The notes under the pieces: model-generated
The model's input: only the letters and a program-made list of their open reading frames with translations
Databases searched by the model: none
Told to the model about the DNA's origin: nothing
Translations under genes and position numbers: made by a program
In this document: positions 10,297 through 24,031 of the stretch, one piece after another
How positions within the stretch are numbered: the stretch's first letter is position 1
Layout of the letters: each line of letters begins with the position of its first letter
Assembly: GCA_013115145.1 (NCBI GenBank)
Contig: JAAPAO010000278.1
Location: forward strand, 1 to 43,806
From: Perkinsus chesapeaki ATCC PRA-425
Lineage: Eukaryota > Protista > Perkinsozoa
DNA length: 43,806 nucleotides
Direction: 5' to 3'

Positions 10297-13200
10297 TCAC
10301 AATCCATATTCACTGCAAGTACACCGAGAGCTCCGAGAGAGCTCTGAGAGTCGCTGGAGATACCTGATCATCGGAAGCATTAAACGGTAAGACTGCGGCG
10401 GCAGCAGTCCTACTTGACGCATGACATCCTCGGGTACATTAGCCGACACAAACCTCTGCAACTCCATGACCCTGTCCCGAATAACGTCTCTAGAGGCAGC
10501 CTTCTGGGCATGCACCAACAGTGGCACCTGAGGAGGAGGATGTGATGATATTAATAAGGAGATGCCTTCCGACATAAGCGTTAAGGACCCTCCTGGCTAT
10601 AGAAGCCCTGGCTCCTCCGGTCCTCCTATCCCAGTTGGCCCCTAGGAGCTGATGCCTATCAAAGTGCGTAATAGCCTCCTCATATCGTCCACTAGCACAG
10701 AGGCGCTCAAACTGTAGAAGGGAGTATCTACAGCAGCAGCAGCAGCAGAAGATATACTATCCAAGGCACGGGGAAGCCCTACAGTCTCTTGGCTTCATCC
10801 CAGTCCCTCATGTCCAACCCCCATTTCCTAGGATTCGCATCATACACCTTCATAAGCATCTCAATAACAGCCAGCAAGGAGCTGGACGGATCACCTAGTT
10901 GCAGCACCAACATGCCACCTCTACACCACACGAGTGGGCCTACTGATCTCTTGGACGAGGGCCGGCGATGTCAAGCATCTCACCATTACTGTCACAACCT
11001 CATTATACCTACAAACGGTGAAAGCATGATGGGTAACTCTAGCAAGTTGCTGCCTACTCTCCAGCACAGTGCAGTAGCTTCATGCCTAGGCCATGCTGTC
11101 CCATATCCACGGCACATCGACCACAGTATCGGCAGGTCTCTACATAGACAGACTGCTGTTGGTGTTGTTTGACGGTGGGAGCCGATGTCCGGGCAGATGT
11201 CGTTGGTAAAGCTAAGGCGGCGGCCGAAGTGCCGCCGAACGTTGACTGGCGACCAGAGCCGGAGCCTGAAAAACCATGCAATGCAATAACGCTGTAATCT
11301 TGAGGAAGAGTCACCATTGGCGATGGCAGCGGCGGCCGTGGAGTTCTCCTTGGCCGAACTGCTGCTGCTACTGCTGCTCGAGGAGCCCGTCGGACCTGAG
11401 GCCGCCTTCTCATCCATAACACTTGCCAATGCTGAGCTGTGCAGCAGGCCACGGTGAACTTCTCCGGTATCGGGGTCTATGAATCTGAACAACAACAAAA
11501 AGAAGAGCGCGGTATAAGAAGTCTAGAGGTGTGAGCATCTCACCCGACAATCTCATCGATAACCTCTCCATTAGTATTAGACTCAGCATGGCTCAACAAC
11601 AGCTCACGCAGCACCCCTACGCGACAACGAGGCTTTAAGGCAGGTAGGAACCTGATAACATAGGAGGCATTAAGGCAGTATTGGAGTCGTGTGATGATAA
11701 TAGTAATAATAATACGTAACAGTGATGGGGTAGGACGTTACTATCTTGGCGATACTAAGATAACCTCCTCTTTAATACCGATTCTAAAACAAATGCTCGG
11801 GGGCGTCTCGGGCCCCAGACCAATCGGGTAGCACATCTGCTGCATCATTAAAAACTTTGTTGAAAGAATGTTGCCTGTTCAATAAAGTGCCAGTGTTCTA
11901 AATTGTTTTTAATAAATTTCCCGGGCGGGCAATTCGGCGAGCAAGCTCTGAGCCTAGCTGCGAGCTAGTAGCTGGTAAGATATACCTGAGGGTTTCCTGT
12001 AGAGTGAACCTCTTTTGAGCATAATGCATCACTGCTGTAGCCGCGGCACTATCAGACTCCCCCTCCTCTTCAAGATGAGATGATCTTAATGCTGTTATAA
12101 TACCGCTGCCATGAGGCCGATCGATATACTGAGAAAAAGAGGAGAACCACTAGGTGGACAAGCAAATAAACATTATGGGGTGAGACTCGATCCCGAGTGT
12201 ACCACCTCACTGAATCTAAAACTGAATGTGAACCACGCGATGAAGAGGCCCCGGAAAAGGAAACAAGAAAAGAGCGACCAGTAATCTAAATCCTATTTAC
12301 AGTGTAAATTTTACACACACCCGCGCCGCACACCCCTGAAATGCAGCGGTTTCACACATACGAACTTCAGTACCACATACTAAATCATACACATTTATAC
12401 TGCTGCCGCAGACCCAACTTCTCCTGCTGTTTGCGACAGGTGGAAATGATGCTGTCACGAGACGGACTGGAACTAGTGACATATGCCTGGAACGGTTAAT
12501 TGATTTTATGACTTTATCTTCATGCCCTGCCACAAAAATTGTCACCGTTAAATGACCTTTCTTAGCGCGCTACAAGTATATCAGCCTGCATTCGCTGATA
12601 CTAGTGTCGATGGGGGAAGTAGGATCATTAACAAACAGGGGTCACTATCTACTGCACCAATGCAGCGGCACCCACGGCACCAGCCTTCTCACCAATCTCA
12701 TCCATATCGCCGTGGTCTCCTGTGCCTCCGACCCACCACTGAGCACAGCGAAGGCGCGAGGGAATTGAAGTGATAGTAGAAGGAGCTGAACAGGAACAGT
12801 GTACCTATATATACACCACCTCATCAACAGCTTACCTTGGCCAACTTCCAACTAGCATTTAGGCCACCCTTCGACCGACCAGCTGTCCTCCTCTGCTGGG
12901 GATACACTGGACCTGATATCAACATGTAGCGGCTAAGCTCAGCCATACCATTACCAGCATCGCCCAGAGCCATAGGAGCCGTTGTTGTTGTTGCTGCCCC
13001 ACCGCTGGGGCCTACAGTGCCGGCGTCTAGAGGCTCGTCAAAGTACTCCGAGGGGAGATTGGCTATCTTGTCTTGTACTAACTGCAGCTTAGTGAGAGTC
13101 TCTACTGTAGAGAAGCTAGGATGGAGACACTCCATCAGATTGAACCTAACATCGTCTAGTTGAAGAATAATACCGACCCCTCGACTCGAGCCAATGCCAA

Positions 13201-16200
13201 ATTATGAAGTATAAGGTGAATATCCCCAGCAGCTAACTAAGTTCCCTTAGAGATCCGAGCTCTTTCACAATCAACATGCTTTTCAGTATCCTACTCCCAA
13301 CGGCTTTCACTCAGTAAGGATAACACTCCTGAGGCACCGGTCCTCCACCATTATACATTATGGTCTCGGCTAAGTTGACCGATCCCTCGAATTTCACCAA
13401 AATTGTTTCGCCTTCACAAGAAAGATGCATTCCCAAATGTCAATAGTTCCTCCCCACAGCAACTACTACCACGTCCAGTCCTCTGCAGTGCAATTAGGTA
13501 AGACTCTACTGATAGAGAAGTCCGGAGCAGTAAGCCTGGTCGAGGGACCTTCACCACCAGCAGCATAGGCTGCAGCAGCAGCACCGGAGGCCATACCATC
13601 TACAAGAGAGACACTCACAACAGTAGGATGAGCTCCAGCGGCATTACCCTCTCCTAAGGGCTGATCCACAAGGGCAAGTAATACCTGTAAAGGGCCACTG
13701 GTACCGTCATCAAAGTCTGCCATCCCGGTCGGGGTGGGGCACTATTAAATATAATAAAGTGATGATACACACGAAAAGACGGTACCTGTTGGCCACCAGT
13801 TCCCTTCACTGATGCCATTCTGGCTACTAGAGCCTTCCCAAGTGATCCAAGTGGAGGACAAGCCACCAACAGTGATGGCTCACTGCACAAAGCTTCCACT
13901 ACAGACACGAAGCTGACAAGGCGAACATAGATCCTTGGCATGGGTTTGGCACTGGAGCCTACTTGGCGCGGACTGCGGTATAGAGGGCAAACCAAACCTC
14001 ATGGAGATGCGAATAGGGGAAGTTGTTATCATCGAAAATGATACGACCATACTGGAAGGTTAGGTCCAACCTGAGAGCATCATCATCGACTCCACCGCAG
14101 AGGTGACGACTAGTACCTCTCCGCATGAGATTTAGGGTGCCTCATCTTCCCACTGCTTGCATAGGGCCGTCCAGATGAGTAAACGGTAGAGATAAGGCCT
14201 TGGATGAATCTAAGAGCTGAGCTTATTAGACATACGCCGCATCGATCGTCAGGCTACCTATCGTTAAGATACCCCAGTGAGCCAGCGATGAATTGATGAG
14301 CATTGGCTGGAGGGACAGGATCCCTAGCGGAGGTAGTCCACCCGAATGCCGACCAAAGATCCGCTTTCTGAAGAAATAGCGAGGACGAGTCACGCAGCAG
14401 GCAGCACAATAATGATTCATTGCAGTAGCAGACGCCCTTGAGCACTGTATTGTACGGGGACTAGAGTGCTGCTGCTTTAGGTTACTACGAAGCCTGAATT
14501 AAGAGCTGTATTGTTGGCTTCTAGCATCCACACTAAAGCATTAAAATCGTGGCTGCTTGTTCAGCTGATACGGGAGAAATCACTGATTTATACGATCACC
14601 CACCACCATTGACAACAGAGCAAGACTTTAGACAGGCCCGTCCGTCCCTACGAGACCACTCTGCCAGTGACAGCACCACCTCCCCTATGCCCAGTATAAC
14701 CTCTGCATTGCCATCTTGGCAGTCCAGCTTCACAATACTATCAAACACCTCTGGACTGTTGGTCTTGGGTTTAGTCAACAACTCCAGAATACGTCGGCTC
14801 GATTCAGGCACTTGTCCCTTAACCTTCTTCCCTTGCTCATAGATGCCTAAACATGCCCCGCTGCACCTCAAACCTGCACCGTCCAACTTTACCATCGCTG
14901 ATCCCAGCGGAAGGGACCTCCCCATGCAACAGCTTATTGCGAAGACGCTCGTACCTGTGAGCCAGAGCGGAAACCGGTTAACAGTGGGAAAGTTGCATTA
15001 CATATCGTTTTTCCTCCTTTCCATCTCGTCATGTATTATCCGTTGAGCTGCCATATGAACCTCCGTCACTACCGACGTCACCACGTCATTGTGCTGGGAG
15101 GCCAAGCTCAGATGCCTGCCAGCGTGAGCGGTAATTCAGAGTAGCCCTCCGCCCGCTCCCGCACTACAGTTTGCCATTCCTTATAGCATCATCCACACCA
15201 GCTCCACCGCGGTCCTTGAGGTCTCCAAGTGCGCCAGTAACGACTCCAGCCTGTGGGCCAACCGTTCCTAATATACCAGAGTAAATGATGTAGTGTAGTA
15301 AGTTCTGAGTACACACCTCGACCCAGCTGTAACTGCATAACGTTCCTTTCTAGTCTCTCAGCAACTGGTCCAGAAGGATCAGGCAACTGGGAGAGGAGGG
15401 CACCGCCACCTAATAGGTTGATTATTGCACAACAGTCTAGACCAGGATACCTCCTCCTTGTGGTAGACCTGTTACTGCCTCTGGGTTAGAGTTCTTAGCT
15501 AGCATGCTCAATGGACGATATACCAGTCCAGTACCATCTACACCCGGCAGTGCACCTACCAACCACACGTATATAAATGAAACACAGAAATAAATAACAG
15601 GAATAAAATCCGCTTTGTGCTCGAAACAGCAGACTGCTGTTCCGATCCATATTATCACTGATAGTATCTTTCGGCACCATTCATCAGTCGAACCCTTAGA
15701 TCTTCTTATAGAATCGCTTTGGGAGATACGGTCTTGATAAATTGACCGCAACTTTGTCAAACTTCTCTTGCTCTCAAAGTACACAGTGTTACCCTTCCAA
15801 GTAAGTCTTCTGGTTACGCATGCACGTGTTCCAACGCTGGCTGCAAAGTTCCTCAACTAGATACCACCATTTAGTGTAAAACCGAGCACATCCAAGAAGA
15901 TATCTTTCATTTGTATCACTTCGAGGTATGTTAATTGTAGCGAGCAAAGTGTAATAATCCGAGGGATCTGCTACACATTCTTCCCCAGTTGTTGAATTCG
16001 TTATACTATCAATAACGTGCATTACCCAACGAGAGTCTATCGAGATTCCTGAATCAGTTACTTACCACACGAGGTACATGATCACGCGCGTAGACAGGCC
16101 TAGGACGCTGGTTCTATAGTACCAGATAGCTTTGGCAACTTTCCGAAAGATACCCATCCCCAGATATTACCCTGCCCATTCATCGGCATAAGCAACCTTT

Positions 16201-16950
16201 CAGTAGCTTCGGCCTGTGCCCTAAATGCATTGACCAAATCCTCAGGACTAGGCTGTTGTTGAGACTCCTGTAGTGATGCTATATCAGACGTTGCTGATGC
16301 TGCTGCTGCTGGCAGCACTGGACCTAGCACCGATGATGGTACCGCCGCTAGCATCATCGGTTAATAGGAAAACAACACCAATCAACGCTTTTAACAACAT
16401 TAGTAACGCAACACAACCGTACGGAGATGAGAGACCCATCATCGCATGAAGTTGTTATCATCACAGCTCATCAAAGCTAGCTCACGTTACTCTGGAAAGG
16501 ATTCGAGTATCTCTGGTACATGGCAGGATAATAAAGTTGAATAATCGAAGAGCTAAAGATAATTAGGTTGCAAGTGGTGGGGTCTTTCATAGGTCTCACT
16601 GCCCCCAGAGGCGTATCAGCGTATTCGACGAATGCTTTTGAACTTGGTGTTGAAAACATTATATACTTCAAAGATGTTAATGTTGTCTTCAAAAATAGTC
16701 ACCATTGGAGTGACATGCGTTCCAACTAGTTTTATCTTGAGCTGCTGACATCAAGTCCGCTGTGGTGTTGGTTTACTAGTCTATAGCAAACTCAAACTGT
16801 CAAAAGTAATCTTCAGTCTACCGCCCAGTGGACACTCTGATAGCCAAGCCCAATAAGCCCATCCGCTAGTGATACATTCATAACAGTAACAGGCTATTCA
16901 CCATGCTATTATTTCCAACAACAACAAGAATGACGGTGAAGCAAGCTGGT
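10297..16950 (-). CDS. Large multi-exon hypothetical gene (possibly more than one gene); weak MyTH4/FERM resemblance
   Basis: Chain of protein-like minus-strand ORFs (16477-16692, 16100-16357, 15789-16022, 15189-15386, 14596-14925, 14226-14420, 13466-13995, 12824-13135, 12297-12545, 10992-11498, 10297-10575). Contains RYFFRKRIF and AWFFRLRLW motifs. Confidence 0.4.
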
Positions 16951-17101
16951 AGGAGTAAATCATGGCGTAGATATGGATGAGTCTTTTGTTGGCGAACCTA
17001 CTTGTATGTAATGACGCTTGCCACTCCCAAAGAAGAGTACGTTGTTGAGTCGCCGAGACAATGCTGAATTTTACTTAGTTTTACTTTTCTACCGACTATT
17101 T

Positions 17102-17517
17102 TTATCGGTGATATCGCGCAATGACATGCGTGCTGTCTCCAATAAGCAATGCATCACCAGCGTACCCATTGAATCTTCTCCGAATATGGCCATTGGGAAA
17201 AGATCCATGGCGCGGAGAATTGTTCCAGATAACGCGATTGGGGTAAACACCATCCTCCTTGTCTCCTACAATCTAAAATCTTGTTCCATTAGCCAGAATC
17301 ACGTCACGCTGTGTTCCCTACCTAGAGCCGTTCATCACATATTACGGTACGGAGTTGGTCTACAACACAAATCACTTTCGGTGACCACCTCACTGATTTT
17401 TCGGCTCACTCTGTCACGCCACTGTCTCCCTAGCTCGCCATTGATAATATATGTTGTCCCAGCCTGGCGGCCTAAGGGCTTAACTATCCTCTCAGTAAAA
17501 TAAAGATATTCAGACAA
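17102..17517 (-). CDS. Small hypothetical protein, two exons
   Basis: ORF 17335-17517 plus exon GDKEDGVYPNRVIWNNSPRHG...RYHR* after a TGTAG acceptor. Confidence 0.35.
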
Positions 17518-17722
17518 CAGGAGCTCGGGATGGCTTAGAACTCAATCTTCCCGCTACGTCACTCGCCTCGGGTTAAAATTATTACACCTAAGAAGTGTAT
17601 CTGGTGACCGTCGGCGGTCACCGGACGAGCGCAACTTCGATGCTCCATGAAACCGTCCGAAACGGTTTCATCTACCGTTGTTCGAATCACCAAATTGTTC
17701 GCAGTAACTCCACTGATCGATT

Positions 17723-19296
17723 ATGAAGACTTTTGCCAACTTATTCATTTTAACCGCTACTCTCTTGATAGGGGGCACCGAGGTAATAGATTCCCCTGCT
17801 GTGTATTGTTGTAACATTCTTTCCTCAGGGTAAATTGGGAAACGCAAGCTTACATCAGGAAAATGAAGCTTTCCCAGTTGGCTTTTATACATGGGGGACT
17901 GACGTATTTGATTCAACCGACACTGACTTCCTAGTAACTGCCCTACTTAATACATTCGTTATTTCTTGTCTTTCAGAGATTCGTCAAGTCACCCGATGTG
18001 CAAAAGGAAACCTCCACAGGCGACGTGTGGTTCGGAGTGGGTGCTGATGCAAGCTCTGGACAAATCTTCGAGAAGGATAACATTATACCCTTCATGCAGG
18101 CAATAAGACTGGACACCAGTAGGCCGCCTCCGTTCTAATATACAATCCTTCAAGTCGCATGTTCGTGTTATTTCAGAAGGCGTCCTTTGGATGACTTACG
18201 GTGATTTTGGCAGCCATAATGAGAAAGGCATGGTGAGCGGCAACCCTTTATTTGTACTTTGATTGAACTATTTCAGCTCGACTTCATTGACGCTCTATTC
18301 GATCTCCTCAAGGCTCAGCCACAAGATACATTGAAGAACCTAGCTCCGCTTGGTGTATCCCTTGATATTGAGAATGAAGGCATGCAGCCGATGGTTATTA
18401 GCGGCTTGCAGAAACTAAGGTACACCTGTTGGTCTGTTATTATCTTCAAATACCCTTGGAGTCTTCGCATTCAGGAAGTACGTTGACGAGGACTTGGCAT
18501 TCATGCCCAAGGGTGGTTTCCTGATCCAACAGGCTGTTGGAGGTTACCCCGACTCGGGCACCACAAGGTATGTCGCTCGCTGTCTCTGAGCTCTACGGCT
18601 CTCTCTCAGTTACACTATGGATTTGGCGGACAGTGCGTTGTACTTGGTATATCGCTCCTATATGACTGATAAGTCGGGGATGGGACTTCATGAAGGTAAG
18701 GCCCGGTTATACTGTGGTCAGCAGTTACATGGTCAATCTCAGACAACAACTTGCTGGGCCGTATGAAGTGGTTCATGCAGCTTCAATGCATCAACTGTCT
18801 CGATCCCAACTACAAGCCACGTGCGAAGATATCTATCCTCGTCGAGGGAGCCTGTAGGATATGTCCTAACTGCTCTAGTTTGGCCCAAGCTTAACTGCTC
18901 AGGTTACGTTGGCGAATATTGCGGACTAATCTCCTTCTGTGGCCAGATGGATGGCGGCGTCGATAATTTGAAGGAGACGTTCGCGGAGTTTGACCGTCAG
19001 CTCCACGCAGTCGATTGGGCCCCTCCAGGAAGGTAAACCTTAGCTCTGCCAAGTAGCCGTGTATCTCAGCACCAGGTTCGAGGAATTGCTGGCCCGTCCG
19101 GAAAGACGTTATGGTATTCATGATTGGTAAGGGAACTTCGTAGCAGTTAGGTCTATTATTTCTTCTGTTCAGGAATTGGGCTCGCTGCCTGTACCCACCT
19201 TCAATCTCTAAGGGGTATCCACACTGTAACCAAGGCACACTCAAGTATGGTGTTGGGCTCTGCCAAGCTTTGAAGAAGACACCTCAAGTTGGCTAG
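17723..19296 (+). CDS. Secreted hypothetical protein with Cys-rich C-terminal part; possible glycoside-hydrolase-like barrel
   Basis: Signal peptide MKTFANLFILTATLLIGGTEG across intron 1. Exons include FPVGFYTWG, DVWFGVG, GVSLDIEN, LYLVYRSYM, CSGYVGEYCGLISFC and end ..KKTPQVG*. Confidence 0.6.
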
Positions 19297-20022
19297 TTGA
19301 CGATATCTACTACTTATTAACTTTGGATGAAGCAATGTCTTTATGATATCATACAACATCTAATGCAAAGTGGACAATGATTATTCCTTATATGCTGTCA
19401 GTCCACACAACCAGGGTTACATCGGCTTAATGCCATTTTCCAACTTACATTGAGGGAATTGTGTCAACTAATGAAAGTCATTACTTAACGAAGATTGTGA
19501 TCACTTTAGTCGGCGAGCCACTAGGTAGTTGGCTCGGAATGGGCAGGACACGCCTGCCTAGCAGGAATTATCCTAAGTTCAAATGTGTTGATTCAATAGT
19601 ATGCTATTCCCCTCGATTATGGGTACAGGTTCCAAACCGACCACACGATACAGGACAACCCGCGAAGGTGCAACGCACAACCATGAAAAATCTTCGTTGT
19701 CAAAGTTGCGAGTGTAAGGGGATCCACATCCTTGCCTGAAATTGAGATACTGAGGCAACGAGCTCGGTATCATGGCTTAGGTATCTATCTTCGCGTTTTG
19801 CCACTTGCTGGGAATAGAAACAGTATAATTTGAATCGTCACTTGACGATACCATCAGCGGTCACCTTACGAGTGCCACTTGAAGGTTATTTCTAAGTTAC
19901 TCATTATGAAACAACGATGACCGGGGAAACGTAGAAAGAACCATGACACAATGGTAAAAATCGGAACTTCTGAGTCTGGCGATCTCCTCTATATTTTCGA
20001 AACCTGAGTGACCAAGACATAT

Positions 20023-21434
20023 TTAGGGACTGCTAAATATCGCTGCTACTCTCGAGGTCTCCGAAGGTCGGTCAGATAAGGCCTTCAAGCGATCATATCT
20101 GACAATATCCCATGCCGTAGAGATAAGGTGCCTCTCGGAACTTATTGTGATTACGTCTCTGTCAACTGCCGAGGAGTAAGCAGGCTCTTTTTCACAGAGT
20201 CGAGCTCAGACATGGTATTAAACCAATTGAAGTACTTGCTAAGCTGTGGGTGAGCATCCAGAGTTAAAGTGAATTCGTGGCCTACTGCAGCACTTCTAAT
20301 CAAACGCGCGAAGTGTTGTTACCTTTCGAGGCCCCAAGTACTGCTGTACCGTAGGCGAAAGGGTAAACGGCAACATCAACGATGCAGGGTGAGGGACCAC
20401 TGTAGAAGGGACCGACCAACTGATTGTGAAACATAACGAATCCGATCAGAACCAAGGCGCAGCACTTCCGATGAGAATCTCTCTAGCGCTGCCACCATCT
20501 CCGGGAACACTTCAGTCTTGCCCTGTCGGAAGCACTGGATGAAGCGAGTACAAAAGGATGAGTTGTAGGTCTTGGCTATGTCAATAGAGCGTTGTCTGAA
20601 ATATCCCAGTCATGAACCAGGCACGATCATACTTCATGTTGAACCGCGAAGTATCCATCTGATGTAGCCGACCGATTTCACCGTTGGGAAGATTTCGACG
20701 GCGGCAGTAAATTTGTATAGCGACGCATGGGCCGTGCAATTTTCACTAGCAGTAATGCAGCTATCGAGTCGTAAGACGACAGCCAACTTCACGCCAACTT
20801 ATAGAATTCTAACCGGTGGATCCTAGCGTGCTCCCTTGTCTTCAACAATCCCTATCTAGTCACTTGTCGGAGACTATCTCCAAACTAAAGCTCGTAAGGT
20901 CAACCCTATCAGGTTGATAGATCCGAATCGGCAATAGCTCAACCGGTCAATGATCCAAGTGCTCCACCTACCTTCCTTCATCATCATCACTTGGCAGTAG
21001 CCCGTCCACTGCCGTACTAATGTCAGTGTCTCTCGCCAGCTTATCGAGATATTCGATGACGTCCAGAGATTCTGTTACCTGCAAAGGTACTCAAGAAGTT
21101 TTCCTGTCTGACCGAAACCGACAACAGTTTTGGAGCCATTGTCCTCCACAATGAGTGTCGGGACCAAGCCCTTAGGATTGTTCTCCAATAGTAGAGGAAG
21201 CTTTGTATAGCCACGAGGCCCTGGCTGCAGACATTCAACCAGCTCAAAAGGCATCTGTACAAGCAACCTTTCAAAGCCCTAAGGAGGCAGTAGCAGTCAT
21301 TTTACTACCTTGTACCATTCTAGAGCGATGCGAGCTCGTTGAGCGTAGGGGCAGAAGTAGGCCGTAAGGAAGCGAATGTGTGGGAAGGGCCGTTTTCCGG
21401 CAGGAGTTGGTGGGGGAGGCGTGGCACAGGACAT
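20023..21434 (-). CDS. Glutathione S-transferase, omega/tau-like (CPYA motif)
   Basis: FCPYAQRARIALE, NPKGLVPTL, VTESLDVIEYLD, LLP, GPFYSGPSPCIVDVAVYPF, HPQLSKYFNWF. Confidence 0.88.
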
Positions 21435-21729
21435 GATGATGATGTAATATAAAGATATTCGATGTGTATCTCACAGTATCCTACTAATCAGTATTAGTAT
21501 GTGTAACAGATAGCAAACTAGGTTCGACTATAGGACGCTGCGTTAGAAAGCATTTCTTCCATTATTAAACTTCCACTAGTGAACGCTGACACACTTATGA
21601 TCTCTTAAAAATACTCAATTCATGATTTCTATTGAAAACAAACGGTCGGAAGCGTTCCTTGGTCGCAGCTTCATGTAAAGTAATAACACTGTATTAGATG
21701 GGACAGTAGGCAGGTAGGGCGCATTTGGG

Positions 21730-22280
21730 CACTAATCTCAGCTCGTATCTGAAGCATGTTCCCCGCAAAATGGTTTCGACCGAGGTAAGTACTTCATTGG
21801 TTCGGAAGAATCATCGAGAAGCAACCGATACACACAGCCGCGTTGGACTACTCTATCACAGAGATGGTGACCTAATAAACCTAATAGACCTCTAGATGAT
21901 GGCTACGTACCAGCTCGGGTGACACCAAGTCTGAAGGCTTTTAGGTCAGCATGCTCTTTACAGGATAGTTCTAGCATACTCCATTGAGCGCACTCATCGC
22001 TTGATAAAGATATGAATTGGACGGTGTCCGAGGCATAATACCTGACAAGATCATTTGCTGCCAGGGTGGGAGGCTACGCCTGCTGTGTACGTGTAGCAAG
22101 TGACATCTAGATCAGTGTCGTTGATGATCATAAATGGCAGGCAGCCATGCTCTCTCTTCCGGTATCTACGGATCAGCGTGGAGGTATACGCCGTACTGTG
22201 ACATACTGTTGCATGAGGAGCCATACTGCTGGAGCTGCTACCACTCCAACACCAAAGCCAACCCATGATGCATACCTACC
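21730..22280 (-). CDS. Small hypothetical protein with one predicted TM segment
   Basis: WVGFGVGVVAAPAVWLLM followed by exon-like segments. Boundaries uncertain. Confidence 0.3.
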
Positions 22281-22490
22281 AGTGGAAGGGATAGGCAGAT
22301 ATTCTATAAACTTTGTGATGGAATGATGGCTATCACGGATGGGTTTGTTTGGCGTCGCTGAGATGGTAACAATGGCCGCCGCGGTGAGCTGTTTGAACTC
22401 TCTTATGCAACCAACGTCAAGCAATTCTTTGACTCGAGGAGTAACTTCGTGGAAATAATAATTTTTCAAAAATTAGCGCGTTTTATAAAT

Positions 22491-22862
22491 ATGTGGCGGA
22501 GCGCGTTAGTAGATGCAGTCGAATCGCTCATGCGGTTGGTTGAGCCGTGCATTTCGTTCGCGAGAAAGATATTCGATGACGATCTGAACTCACCATCCCA
22601 TAGCAGCTATAGTGGTCCCCCAGGATGCGGCTACAGTAGTGGTTGTTGTCCCCCACGGTATAAAGCCCAGAAAATAGTAAGGTACCTAGGAAGGGGCTAT
22701 CTCAACGGCTAGAGACGCAATCTGACCGTGACTGAGCACGCGCCGACACCGGCCCCTATCGCACCGCCTAGCCAGCTGAGAACCTTAGTTGACGCGGACA
22801 GCGTCAAAGCAATGTCCTTCAACACTTCTGAGAGAGCAATAATTATAAGGAGATATCAATAA
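22491..22862 (+). CDS. Small hypothetical protein, two exons
   Basis: MWRSALVDAVESLMRLVEPC...KI|RRNLTVTEH...RRYQ* joined by a GTAAGG..CTAG intron. Confidence 0.3.
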
Positions 22863-23900
22863 GAAATTGGTTACGAAGGAAGGCTGTAGTTGACATTGGT
22901 TTGCCGTTCTCGCAGTAGTACGCCCAATGCAGATCGGTATCTACCAGGCCAGGTACAGGATGCCCCGAAGTTCCGACTGACATACCAAAGCCGCCGTCAA
23001 TTGAATTATCAGGAGAGTTCACTAGTCGGGCTCGATCAACGACGCTATGGACGTTGTCGGGTCTGGGCCGACTTAGAACCCGAAATGTCGGGCACACCAG
23101 CAACTAAAGCCTCAACCGTCCAGTAAGGGAACGGTTAGAATTCTTACAAACTGAAGCCATGTTAAAACGATCCGACATTTCTTGGTAGCATCGTAGCCTA
23201 TCACTTCCTGGTCACTGAATCGACATGGCAGGCTACGGCGGGGACTGGCAGTTTATTACGCACCTCACGTATATGACGTGACGGCTCTCTTTAGTAACAG
23301 CCCGAAAGACTTCGACATCAGACATACTAGGCTCAGAGTCCAACCCATCACCAGTCGATGCTGCTGTACTACTACTACTGCTATCACGGTGTTGCGACGG
23401 CATATAGCCAACTATATGAGATCCCCTTCGCTCGCTCCATGCAACTATCTAAGTAACCCAATGTCATTATAATGATCGTTCTTATCTCTCATCCACTCTC
23501 CTCCTTTATACCCATACTCATAGAGCCCACCTTTAGCGCCTCGTATTCAGCCCGTCCTAGACATTCCTCCACAGCTGTCACAGCAATAGCCAATGCATCA
23601 CTGACTCGTCTACCCAAGTCCTCTACGTACAGTTTAGCCTGGGCCTATGTAAGGTGGTGGTGGTCAGTGTGATGATGTATTATAGTAGTGCTTCCCTTTA
23701 CCTTGGCAATGTCTATTGGCAGTGTCCTTGTTTGTTCTTGTTTTGGTACTATCTGTGTGAATCTTCCCATCACAACATGCATGGGACAATCCTTCAAATG
23801 CATCTAACTGCCAACCGGCACTGTATGAACGCAAGTCTCCCTGGCAGCAGCTAAAATCTTGCGCATCGCTCCGCTAACTCAGCGAAATTTGTTTACCATT
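22843..23900 (-). CDS. Hypothetical multi-exon protein; start uncertain
   Basis: Exon-like segments AQAKLYVEDLGRRVSDAL..., IVAWSERRGSH... and terminal ORF 22843-23103. Confidence 0.35.
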
Positions 23901-24031
23901 TTTGTCTCTCATTTGTCGTATTGTTTAACTACTATCTTCTCGCTAGAACCTTAGTTAGTCCATGCCTTATAAGTAACACCACTTTTCTCAGCTCTTTACT
24001 CCTTGGATTTAAGTACTCCAGGATTTGTAGT

